Source of the DNA: Takakia lepidozioides
Lineage: Eukaryota > Plantae > Bryophyta
Assembly: GCA_030704615.1 (NCBI GenBank)
Contig: CM060732.1
Span: forward strand, 8,990,001 to 9,054,000
DNA length: 64,000 bases
Direction of reading: 5' to 3'
The position numbers were made by a program, and so were the translations under genes. A model generated the notes under the pieces. The model searched no databases. It saw only the letters and a program-made list of their open reading frames with translations, and had not been told where the DNA came from. Numbering within the stretch: the first letter of the stretch is position 1; each line of letters opens with the position of its first letter. Below, piece after piece: positions 51,036-61,786 of the stretch.

Positions 51036-51873
51036 CCCCCCACTTTCTGACTGCATACCGTTGGCAGTTATTGCGCAAAGACCAGGGGCCGCATTCCGGA
51101 GACAAGGTTCATTAACACTCTGACTGTGGATTTTTGAGATAGTTGGCTCCCTGGATTTGGATCAGGCTTTGTCGCTCGGACAAATCGGCACCGCATTCCT
51201 TCCCATCGGTGCATCCTCTTTCTACCAGGGAGCTTGCCCGCACGCTATTCTGGCAGTCTTGTGTGCACATCTCCCATGGCGGAAAACCCGAGCGCTACAG
51301 TGTACTGCCCTCCTCACGAGCATAGAGCTTCATTTCCGTGCAGAGGGGACATCTGCCGTGTGATGGAGAAATATCTGTGCGTCCGATACCACCTGAAACC
51401 GGGGTCGGTTTTTTTGGAGGAGGAAAGGAAGGACTCAAACAGGGGGAATGCTTGCGCGTGAGCCTGTGAGCCTGGCTAGGCTCACGCCACGTCAGCAAGC
51501 ATCCACGTGTTCAGGCCCTAATTCCGTGCTTACCCCCCCCTATTACCGCGGATCAGCTGTCACCTATGTCCTAATTTTTTATCCCTCTTCATGGCCCCCA
51601 CATGAATATTCTTTGTGGCTGAGAACAATGGCAGGTTTGCGGATGAATTATGATTGAGGTCATGACTTTGGAATGAGGAGATCGTCCACTAGAGAACTGA
51701 ATATTAAAAGCAAACATTTTTTTTGGGCAAAGCAGTACATTCATTCCAACACACAAACATTTTTCAATTCCGCAATCCGAAGACCTATCCTAGGCAATCC
51801 CTAACTGTACTTACGGGAACGCGCAAAGAACTTGAAAAACAGTTTGGAGATGGAAGCAAAACCAAAACACAAT

Positions 51874-53660
51874 TTATTGAGCCTCGGTACTTGAACCTAA
51901 AGAAATATTGGAGGTTTCAGAGGAACCACTTCCAGAGTTTACAGCAATATCATCTATGAATACAGCAGCACATCCATGACGTTTTTTTTTTCCACGACCT
52001 TTATGGAGATGCGAATACAATGTTTGTTCGGATAACACCCGTGCGCAAGCTTCCGCGTAAACCGGCAAGCGGTTGGATCTAGGGGGGCTCGGGGACATGT
52101 AGTATCCTTGGAAACCGAAAGATGTCTGCTGATTCGATGACTGGTGCTGAATGGTGGTAGATATTAACATCCAGATATAGACAACGAAAGCCACTATTTC
52201 TCGAATGGGAACGACACAAGGAAATGCAACATATTTTGCACGACTACACAAGAACTTACTCACACTCAAAATCAGAGTCCACGACCAGATCCTCGTCAAG
52301 CGCTTCGGGCTCCTCCAGAAGTCCCTCTGTGGATGGGGCAGAAGTAGTGCCCGACTCAAGCTGACGAAGCTCGCTTGAGAAGAGCTCCGTATCAGCTTCC
52401 ATGCCGAAGAAGTGCCTTCCGGCGCTCTTGCAAGCATGAAAACATGCTCTCGCAAATCCAAGAAGAACGAGAAATAAAAACAGGGTTTCCCTAAGGTCAC
52501 TGCCCATATGTCAAACACAATGTGAAGGGCCCCACCTGTGCCCATAGACAAGTCAACCACTCGTCCACCACGACGGCTGCATGTCTCCACCAAAGTCTGC
52601 ATGAAAGCTGGAGATTTCTCCCGTGCACCTCTCCAAGGGACACCAATTGACCTTTTCATAGTCCGACCCGAGTCGACGTAATTGAAGATAACATCATCCT
52701 CCACAGGCTCGCAGGTGGGGTCAATGTGAGCTGCAAGGTCCCTCAACTGAAACTCAGCAACACCAGCAGGAAGAGTGTCCTTCCGCCTCACCAGGCACAA
52801 AGCTTCGAACACCCGTGTCTGTCAATAATCACGAAGAGAGAATGAGACAGAAGACATAACCCACCATTTTGATTTACCGAAAACCACGAAACATCAATTG
52901 AAAGGAACCAACTCACTTTCTGCCCCGGGAACTCGCCCTTCGTAAGAGGCAGAGTATTGATGCATGTCCAAGTTTTGATGACACGAAACCCGGAAGCTTT
53001 CATGTAGCTGAAAAGAGTTCTTCGAGCCGACATGTCCTTTGACTGCATGAGAAGAAGAGCCCCCGAGTCCGAAAGGAACTTGTTGCTGAACGAGAAAGCC
53101 CACTGCCAGTAACGAGAATCCGATTTGTTCCAAGTCGGGGTCGAATTGGAAGGAAACACATCAGGGACAGGAAAACCGTCAGGAATGTCCAGCACCACAA
53201 GGTCAGTCGCGTATGCCTGCTGAACTCCATTCACCCATTCCGGACTTTTTGTGACCTACAGCCAAAAACATGAGACAGTGTAAGAAGCCCAATCCAAATC
53301 TAACAGGAGATCAATCCCCTGGACAAGCCACAACAAGCTGCCAAAACACAATTATTCATACAACAGTTTAGACATAAGTGTTCACCTGAGTGAGGAACGA
53401 AACAAGCATGTCCCATGATTTTGAGGGCACCCCTTTGAATGTGGACTTCCTGGACTCCATCATTGCAAAAAAACTTTCATTCAGCACCTTACGATTGAAC
53501 TGGCCCAAAACCCTGGAGGGATGTTCTCTCGCCTCGAAAACTTGCTCCCTCGACTTTGATGTTCTCCTATCCCTCCTTGTGGGAGAAGGCTGTCTTTCAG
53601 GAACCTCTGACGGTCCCTGTCCTTGCGGAGCTGCACTTTTCCCCTTCCCCTTACTAGTAT
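51874..53660 (-). pseudogene. Divergent paralogue (copy B) of the beta-class MTase-like domain, 5'-truncated, with introns
   Basis: DLVVLDIPDGF...FLSDSGALLLM...WTCINT...WRGAREKSPAFMQTLVETCSRRGGRVVDLSMGTG^ACFHACKSAGRHFFGMEAD. Intron positions match copy A. Confidence 0.75.
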
Positions 53661-53868
53661 AGGTTTATTTCTTAAGGAACACTTTCTCAGCAGGTGGCAG
53701 ACCCTTTACAAAGCGATGCTTCATAATAGTAGGTCGTTCAGAGGCAATTAGGACAGGCTTACATATAGCAGTCCTTAGATCAGAGTAGTATTTCCATACA
53801 CTGTCACCATACTGAAACTATAAGTCTGGAGTGGTGTAAGTTATAGGCTTTTCTTCACGAAACAATTT

Positions 53869-54110
53869 TCAAGCCAACTCCCTTGCTTCCACCCATGTAA
53901 GATCAACCTTGCCTTTGATGTTGCACTCAAAAAGCTTTCGGGCCTCACCCTTGAGACAAATCCGAAAGGATTTAATCTTAAACTTTGGTGGGACACCATT
54001 CATCTCAATACTGATTTCAAAAAACTCCAAAAAGGACTCAAAATCTTCCCCCAAGTTGTACTCAGGGTATTGCTGCTTATGCATGCGCTCTCCAGTCTTA
54101 GTTTTCCGAA
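53869..54110 (-). pseudogene. Retrotransposon gag fragment
   Basis: PEYNLGEDFESFLEFFE...FRICLKGEARKLFE...LTWVEAREL matches the capsid-like LxGxAxxW...TW pattern. Confidence 0.65.
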
Positions 54111-55039
54111 ATGCAGTGTCTGTAACATCGTTTTGTTTCAGCAACATCACATACGTAGCGCATTGGGCCCCGACTCTCACCTACGTGGCGCTCTGGCATT
54201 GGTGGTGAGGTATAGCTGTGAGAGCTCAAGTTCCTTTCATTGTTCCCTATCAAGCTTAACAGACTATCTGTGGACATTACAAAGTATTATCTTTTCTTCC
54301 TGTCTTTCTGTCCCTCTCTGATCCTTGACAGAGGCTGAGCCTGATGCCGTGGCCCTGTTGGGATCTAACTTTTGGGCTGCTCACACACAACAGATTGATG
54401 CTTGTGTGAAGGGCTTTCTCGAGGATATATGGGAAGCCCGAACTAATTGTTTATATCAAGGTAATTCACACTATGGGGTGAGACCCTCACAAAGGTAGTG
54501 CCTATTCCTTATGTTTCTGTCCAAACTGGGCGGGGGGTCTATGGCCACAAGGCAAACAAGGGCTTATGTGTACATCCTAAACCTTGACAGAGTTGCTTAC
54601 AAAGTCACTATTATTCACAGTACAATATCATCACTATACACGTGCACATATTGTCACTAACCCTATAAAATGACTCGGTGACATTTGTTCAGGACCAGTA
54701 AGATCAAAACCTTGCAAAATGTACTATTACTTCATCTCTTTTCACATCTCTCTCTCTGAAATAAACACTCTGTGTAGTGTTTAAGGTTTGCTTTCATCTA
54801 TGGCTTCAGTGGTTTTACTGTGCTGTTCTACCATGTCCCATGGACTCTCTGGGCCTCCAGTGGACGTAAGCAATCTCTTCTGCTCCTCTCCTCTCATGGA
54901 CATTTAAACTCAGTAATTTCGATCTCTTTCCCATCACAGAGGCCCTTTTGGTTTCCAGTGGATGTAATTCTTTTTGTCTTTTCTTTCTTTTCCCCTATTC
55001 TCTTCCCAAACGAAATGACAACACAAAATAATTCAGATT

Positions 55040-55225
55040 TAATACCGTTGCACACCTGTTCAGCAAATTCAGAGCCAGGGCCTCTTGTCCTTCCTTGATG
55101 GAAACCACAGTGCCATCCTCCAAAAGCCCTTTATAGACCAGGCCAAATGCACCCTCCCTAATCAAAATACTTGAGCTAAAATTCTTTGTTGCATGTTCTA
55201 GTTCGTCCAAGCCAAATTGGTGCAC
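55040..55225 (-). pseudogene. RLK/Pelle receptor-like kinase exon fragment (subdomains I-II)
   Basis: FGLDELEHATKNFSSSILIREGAFGLVYKGLLEDGTVVSIK. The G-loop is degenerate (IREGAFG), a frameshift follows the catalytic K, and no downstream kinase exons were found. Confidence 0.8.
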
Positions 55226-57627
55226 TTGCTAGGGATTCGCAACTGCAGCCAACATGCCTCCCACCAACGGTGTCTCGGGCCTCTTGACCTTGCCCACTGT
55301 CACTCACTATCTTTGCCAGCAAGTTCAATCATAAAATATTGTCAGAAGGGAGGAAATGAAAACAGACTACTTCAACGGCATACAACAATAGTTTGTAGTG
55401 AGGGGCGTAGGGAAAGGGTAACTGCCTGTAAGTCGAAGGGAGGTGATGAGGGAAACACGGGAGAACCCCATGGGCAAGACAAGGAAATTGGGGTTTTGTG
55501 CTCAAGGAACGATGGCGGACTAGCTGGATGAAATCACGATTTATCATTGGAGTTAACAGGATGAAATTGACAAATGTTCATCAGTGGATGGATGGTGGAA
55601 AAATTGGATAACAAGCAGGGATGAGATCACTAATTGGCATTAGTGGATGGATGACGAGCTAGCAGGATGACAGGGCGATGAAAGCACCAATGAGAAAGTT
55701 GATTCTTCATCACATGGGGATGATACTGCAGAAATAAGACAAATGACTCAACGGTGATTTAGTGGAGAGAGTGGCCACAATAATATTAGCTAGGTGGCAC
55801 TAAGATAAAGGGTGGATAGAAGGAGGTACACGTCGCCGTAAGATGTATTTAGCAACAATCAGGCTTGTGGCACAGAGGGGAATAATACCCAGTGGCCACT
55901 AAGTCTTCAAGCCTAAGGTTATAGCTGGTTAAGTTGTGGGGTCTAGTTATTAAATGATCACGTGGAGTGGCGGCATAGATAAGACCAAGTTTATGATCAG
56001 GTCAGGTATAAGACGAGTGGTTGCGCATAGTTAGCTCTCTCAGATTTTTGGTACCAGCTTACGTTTCTTCTGGCAGTAAAGCATGGAGATTATCATCATT
56101 ATGAAGTGAGCACTAGAATCAGCTTGGTGTGAAGGAGAATGTATCCATTAACATAGAGATGGTGTTATGATGATTAGTTAAAGTGTTTTGTGAGGCCTAA
56201 TTCTCATGCATCGAAGCATCTGATTTGCGTTTATACAAAGAGGAGGTGCAGGCTTAGCTAGCATGCACGATACGGTTGTGTACTAAGAATAGTGAACTGA
56301 TACCAATATGTAGTAGGGTAGTTTCTCCATGCACTTCTCTGCAAAGTCAAGTTAGACATATGTATTAATACTGGAGCAAGGCATCAACACTAGAGGGGCG
56401 GAAGTAAGCATCACGGGCAGGCCTCGTGCGACCGGTGAATGGTGCAAACACAGATATGAAAGTGAATGAAGCAACAAGCTCAAAGGCATTTGGTCACCTT
56501 CTAGGGATGATAACAAAAGAAGACAAACAATGTGTCTAGACAAATCTCAATGACGAATCTCCGTTTGTGCCAGGTTTTCTCTTCCGCTGCAGCCTGGGAT
56601 AAATGGTGTACTGACTGGATGGATTGTCATGGGTTGTAGGCCCCTTCTTTTTACGTCCCTCCGGCTTCCTCCACGCAGCCACCCTCATCGGCTCACAGGC
56701 AGGCTTTGACGACTTGTGCTTGTAATTGATGATCATCTTGAAGACTCTCCCAATCTCCAGATAAGAAACGGCGAAGGCGGATGCACGTCTCTCTATGACC
56801 TGACTTACCGCCACGAGGGGGCAAAACCAAATACCACTGAGAAAATAACAAGAAAAAATACCACACTGGTATATCACCAGGATCACGAGCCAGCCTGTCT
56901 AAGGGTAGACAGAGTGCCAGTTGGACCTCATGATGTAGTGCCACCGGGATCCTTGTAAAAAAGACGAGGCCTTGGCAGTCCTAATGGAAATGCGCCCTGC
57001 AATACATCTAGAGTTGAAAGCCAATGCCATGCAGAGGCAAGAGGTGGTGCGTGAAAGACACTGGGCTGAATGGAGGAGTACCTCTATGTGGGACTGATGA
57101 AGAGCCGCACACGTGTGCTGATGTTGCGCAAAAAGACGACCGCAAGCTGGGCACGGGGTATGGTCTGCAGGGATAGGCGCCTGTTGTTGGGGGAAGAGTG
57201 ACGGGGTCGTCGATGTAGGCTGCACAACTGGAGAAGATGGCGCGTGAAGAGACTCATGACCAAGAGAAGTTGGGGATGCCTTGGAGCCGCTGCCGAGAAC
57301 CCGGGGGAGAAGTGACTGGTGTGGGACCTCGGACCCTACCTGAGAGGCGCAGTGGGAGAGAGCTCAACAGACACGGTGCAAGTTCTTCGATCGGTGTGGC
57401 GCCAGTGGAAGAACTTGGAATCCGATGTGGAGAAGACCGTTGTGAAGAGGAAGAATCTTCTTGAATTTGTCTGGAGCTTGGGCTCTGGTGGTACGCATCA
57501 TGAATATGTGATATGGGGATAGGAGTATTGTGGCCCTGGGGCCTTCCAACATGAGCAGTCGTGGCCATGTCCAACACCTCTCGTTGCAATGGGAAGCCAA
57601 CTGGCACAAATGGTGGAATAGGCCGTA

Positions 57628-57903
57628 AGGGAGATTTACTATTTCATGAGCAGAAACCATGAGCCATGAGCCATGAGCCGCATGAGCCACATGAGCGGTG
57701 AGCCAAAGTCTAAGACACGCGGATTCCATGAGCGGACTCCTCCAAATTTGGAAATGCGGCAGATTAAAAAAGTATTAAAATAATAGTTTTTAATTTGACC
57801 TTGCCGTTTTTGGAAGTTCCAGATCTTGTAACGCAGCGAAGATATGTCGTCAGTAACAGCTCCGCTCATGGTTTTTTAGATCCGCTCATGGAAATGAGTG
57901 ACC
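57628..57903. mobile_element. Short MITE-like relative of the CATGAGC-terminus element
   Basis: Left end is taa|gggagatttactatttcatgagc plus (catgagc)n. Right end is the inverted ccgctcatgg...ccgctcatggaaatgagtg. Confidence 0.45.
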
Positions 57904-58543
57904 GTGCAACGAGAAATCCAGTATACCACGACAAAAGGACGTCGCATACTGGCCTGTATAGAGTATTCCGCGGTTTTACATGCCTTAACATTGGAATGAA
58001 GCTGACCCTTCTGCCGCGATTGAACCAATAGAGTTTGCACCAATAGAGTCTGCAGTACTTCACAATTCTGTCATCTTCGGGTATTCGGCGGGAAAGGTTT
58101 GCGACTCAACTAGGAAATGCGGTGCCGCATTAGGGTTCGCACGTGCGAAATTTCTGGGGGGTTTGGTGTTGGCGACGGTCGGCTCCCTGAAGGCTGGGTG
58201 CGACTATCTTGCTATGACGAAGGCCGCAACTACCAGTACCTACGACTTTACTTGGAAATGCGGCGCCGAATTTCCTTGCCGGGGGTCGAATGAGGAAAGC
58301 AAAGTTTGGGAGAGCAGAAAAACAGGAACCCTCCAACAAACAAAAATACAAGCACGTGGAAACAATAATGAATGACAAACTATTATCTTATCTTAGTTCG
58401 AGCAAAACAAGTTACTGGTAGGCAAGACATAAGTTGGACCTTTCTGTGGCCAGAGTCAGAGGTACTTGCAGCAGTACAGTTCTACTATAACTGAAACTCC
58501 GAAAAGGATGAGCGTACCATTGTGTGGGGACCGCAAGCCAAGC

Positions 58544-59370
58544 TCACTGGTCCCCTGGATCCATATTCAGAAGAGTGCACACCTCTTGGGGGCTCAACCT
58601 TGGTGCATGTATGAAGTGATGAGTTGTGGAATTACACCGGAGTCTCTTTAGGTACACGTAGTACAGATGCTTGCAAGGGCAGTATGGTGCCCCCTTGTTC
58701 GCCATGATCTGGAAGTCGGTGCAATTGTAGGTGGGTAATTCTGAAATGGTGATGGTGTACACCTCATTGCAAACAACTGAGCTTGTCGTGGCCATCTGAT
58801 ACACACGCCCGAAGCCTGGTGGGGGCACTTCTGTCGAGCTCTGGATTGTACAGTTCATCCGAAGTGCATTCCCCATCCTTGTCTCGTTCACTTTTGAGGG
58901 AGGTCGTCGCCTCTTCGGTTTCCCCCAACGGTGTGTAGGATGCTTAGAGCTGTCGTGTCCCATTGTTCTTGCTCTCACAGGGGTCGGTAGTGGAGGCTCT
59001 GAAAGCGAAAATGGTTGTCTGGGGACGTCAGTGCGCTGCACCATCCGAAATCCTGCGGCAGTAAGGCGTCGGCCTCAACCTGACTCAGATCGCAGCTTGG
59101 TTCCACTGGCCACACCGGGGGAGCCTCTGGCATTGTTTGTATGCCATACTTGGGCTTTCCATACATGCAAGTCATAATGTCGTGCCTGCAGAACCAGAAC
59201 TGGATGGTTGTCGCCTCCGCAAACTTTGCATGGACAAATCTTCCGGAAGATCAAATGGGGAGGGGTTTACGACGCCAGCCGCGCCCCCACGCCCCGAGCG
59301 TGCAACGCCAACCCCGCGGAGTGTGTTTGCGACGCCGGGCCGTCGTAGCCAAACCCCACGGGAGTGAAAC
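58544..59370 (-). pseudogene. SWIM zinc-finger-containing ORF fragment (transposon-associated)
   Basis: YTITISELPTYNCTDF...PCKHLYYVY fits the SWIM CxC...CxH motif with the first Cys changed to Tyr. Frameshifted upstream. Confidence 0.7.
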
Positions 59371-59384
59371 CTGGACTCGGGAGG

Positions 59385-61786
59385 TATAGGCCACTGCGGG
59401 TCTTGTTGGACTCGGGAGCACAGCCATTGATGTTGGGGGGAGCAGCAATTGCAGGCTTGGGCCTTACAGAGGCGGATTTGGAGCTTTGCCCTTTCCAAAT
59501 TCAAACATCTTTGGGCGGTTCAGAGAAGGCATGAGGGATTACATGCCATGAGCTCTTCATTCGATTGCAGCCAGATCATCTTACAAATGGCTCTGTCATG
59601 AGAGCTAAAGCCATTGTTACGGACGCGATGTCTTATGATGTGCTTGTTGGTGGGGTTGTGTTATACCCGATGGGTTTTACTTTGGACTTTTGGGAAGAAA
59701 CGACATCCTACAGGCCGGAATGGCAGTCAGGGGATGGTCGACATACACTGCTCCCAGTGCGGTTTATTGGGAATGTAGCGGTGGATCATAGGAACATGAT
59801 GCCCACATTGGCTGCATTCTCAGGGGTGGTGGCTTGGGGTGGTGAGCTTTTGGAGGGTAATAGCCATGCAGATGATAGGCCACCACCTGATAAGGACAAA
59901 CAATTGGCATACAAGGCTGATTTTCTTCCTCATGTGCCTGTTCATATTCCACTGTGGGGTACAGTTGGGAATTTGCATCGAGTAGCAGGCGAGTGTGTGC
60001 ACCAAGCATGGCAGGAGGCCTATCCATTGGTGAGTGAGGGGAGTTCAATGACATCACCCGGACCTCCTCAGTTAGCTCATTTGGACACAATGCCCATTAC
60101 CTGGCAACCACTTGACTCAGGGATTTGTTTGCTAGACATGTTTGGAGGCATGAGCACTTGGCTTGCAGGAGTGTTGTAAGCAGGGATTAAAGTATGCAAG
60201 TACTTGTATGTGGAGAAGGATGAGATAGCTCGGCGTATTTCTATGCGCTACATCGCCTTGCTCACACACCGGTATCCTAAGTTGTTGCCTCTCTCAACAA
60301 TTCAAGGGTATCAAAAGGCCTTGCCAGCAGACATTACCTTGCTGGGGGCGGATGATTTGGACCGGCATGGTGCCATTGACTTGGTGATAGCTGGATGGCC
60401 TTGCCAATGACACTCTCCCGCAGGTCATGGGAATGGCTTGCATGATGCACGATCGCATTTGTTTTGGGAGATGTTGAGAGTGTTGCGTGACTTGCAGACG
60501 AGGCAAGTGCAACCTCTAGCCTATATCTTTGGAGAATGTTCCTCTTATGGGGGACTCTCGGGCCAGGGTTATGGCCAGTGTGCATCAGGTGCGGTCTTGG
60601 ATTGGATCGGCGGTGCTATTGGATGCAGCAGCGGTGGGATCACGAGCGCATCGACCTTGATTGTGGTGGACAAATCTTGCACCACCAGAGCTGCTCAAGA
60701 GAGCATACGATTCCATTCAACGGCCATCCAATCTCACAGTTGAGGGCATTTTGGACCAAGGGAGGCAACCACAGAGGGTGCAACATGATGACCGTCCACC
60801 TTTAGCAGTGGTAGATCGAGTGGGGCAGCCACGTGCAGCCTTGCCTACGTTCATGAGCTTTCCCTCGTCTCATGCTTTTTGAGACAACGGTCCTGGGTTG
60901 ATTTGGGACAGTGTGCTACAGCAATTGGTGGAGCCCAATGCGGATGAGTGAGAGTGGGCAATGGGATTTACCACCGGCACTACAACTGTGCCAGCTCTGT
61001 CAGAGGCATTACGATGCCAGGTGTTGGGTCAGGAAATGGATCTCAATTGCTTGACATGGGTCATTGACTTGTGCATGGCTGAGCAACGGAGATTGCAAGC
61101 ATTGGTGGCTACTTCTGCACTTCCATTGGATATTGCACCATCTCTGCCAACCGGGACGGTGGAGGCAGTGAGTGGGGGCGAGCACAAGATCATGGGGTGC
61201 AAACACCCATGACAGATGTGGGATGAGATGCGCAAAGAGAGAGTCATTGGATCTCTCAAGCAGCAGTATGAGGAGTGGGGAGAGCCATACACTGAGGATC
61301 GGTTGGAGGCCAAGGTGGCCAATGTTTTTGAAGAGGTTGAGAATGTTTCTTCCCCAGAGGATGTTCTCAAGGTGGCTATGGCGGAGCAAGTGGAGGCTAC
61401 GCCACGGTCAGGGTGGGCGGATAAAGCCCAAGAGGTTGCTATCTAGCAACCAAAGGATGCGTCTCTTACTTCCAAGCCTGGTGTACCCAAGGTTGCAGTC
61501 ACTGAGGACAACTGGGAACCAGATGTTGGACCTACAGTCACCGGAGGAGAGAGGTGGAGGATCCAGCGATTTCTAAGGGCTTATAGAAATTGCTTTGCCT
61601 TCGGTTTGAAGGATTTGGGGAGTTTGAAGGGCCAAGAGATTTGTATTGATTTGGCAAGTGACACGCCAATTTTTCGAAGGCCCTACAAGTATAGTGATAT
61701 GGAGAGGTCTTTGATCCAGTCACGGACTATGGAGTTGTTCGAAGCTGGATTGGTGGAGTTGTCAGGCGGGGAGTATGCCTCGGCAA
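59385..61786 (+). mobile_element. Decayed Ty3/Gypsy-like pol fragment: aspartic protease - C5 DNA methyltransferase - RT N-terminus
   Basis: Protease VLLDSGAQPLMLG (~59400) and YDVLVG. The DNMT motifs are at 60120-61050. The RT start CFAFGLKDLG...IDLASDTPIFRRPYKYS...ELFEAGLVELSGGEYAS is cut at ~61786. Confidence 0.8.
60120..61060 (+). pseudogene. DNMT3-like cytosine-5 DNA methyltransferase domain inside a retrotransposon pol
   Basis: Motif I LLDMFGG, II YVEKD, IV IDLVIAGWPCQ, LFWEMLRVL, VI ENVP (after a frameshift), VIII AHRP*LWWTNL, IX E*EWAMGF and X LGQEMD, all in canonical order. Confidence 0.9.

Larger units (their letters stand above)
42298..51100 (-). mobile_element. Putative DNA mobile element carrying a ParB-like/methyltransferase-like gene; left terminus defined, right end uncertain
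   Basis: The terminus GGGGGCTGCTATTTCATGAGCGGCATGAGC... recurs at ~61787 in an unrelated context (inside an RT). Both copies are preceded by GCAA. CATGAGC subterminal repeats and internal palindromic arrays are present. Confidence 0.65.

Noticed and set aside
48943-51123. Many overlapping ORFs with repeated MEIRRRISI / WKFGAEFPS / DGNSAPNFH peptides
   Set aside because: These are artefacts of translating GC-rich palindromic repeats. The 53-bp period is not a multiple of 3, and the same peptides appear on both strands.
56536-57620. Coding-like stretch (e.g. VWDLGPYLRG...LLEFVWSLG)
   Set aside because: It is interrupted by stops and I recognise no family.
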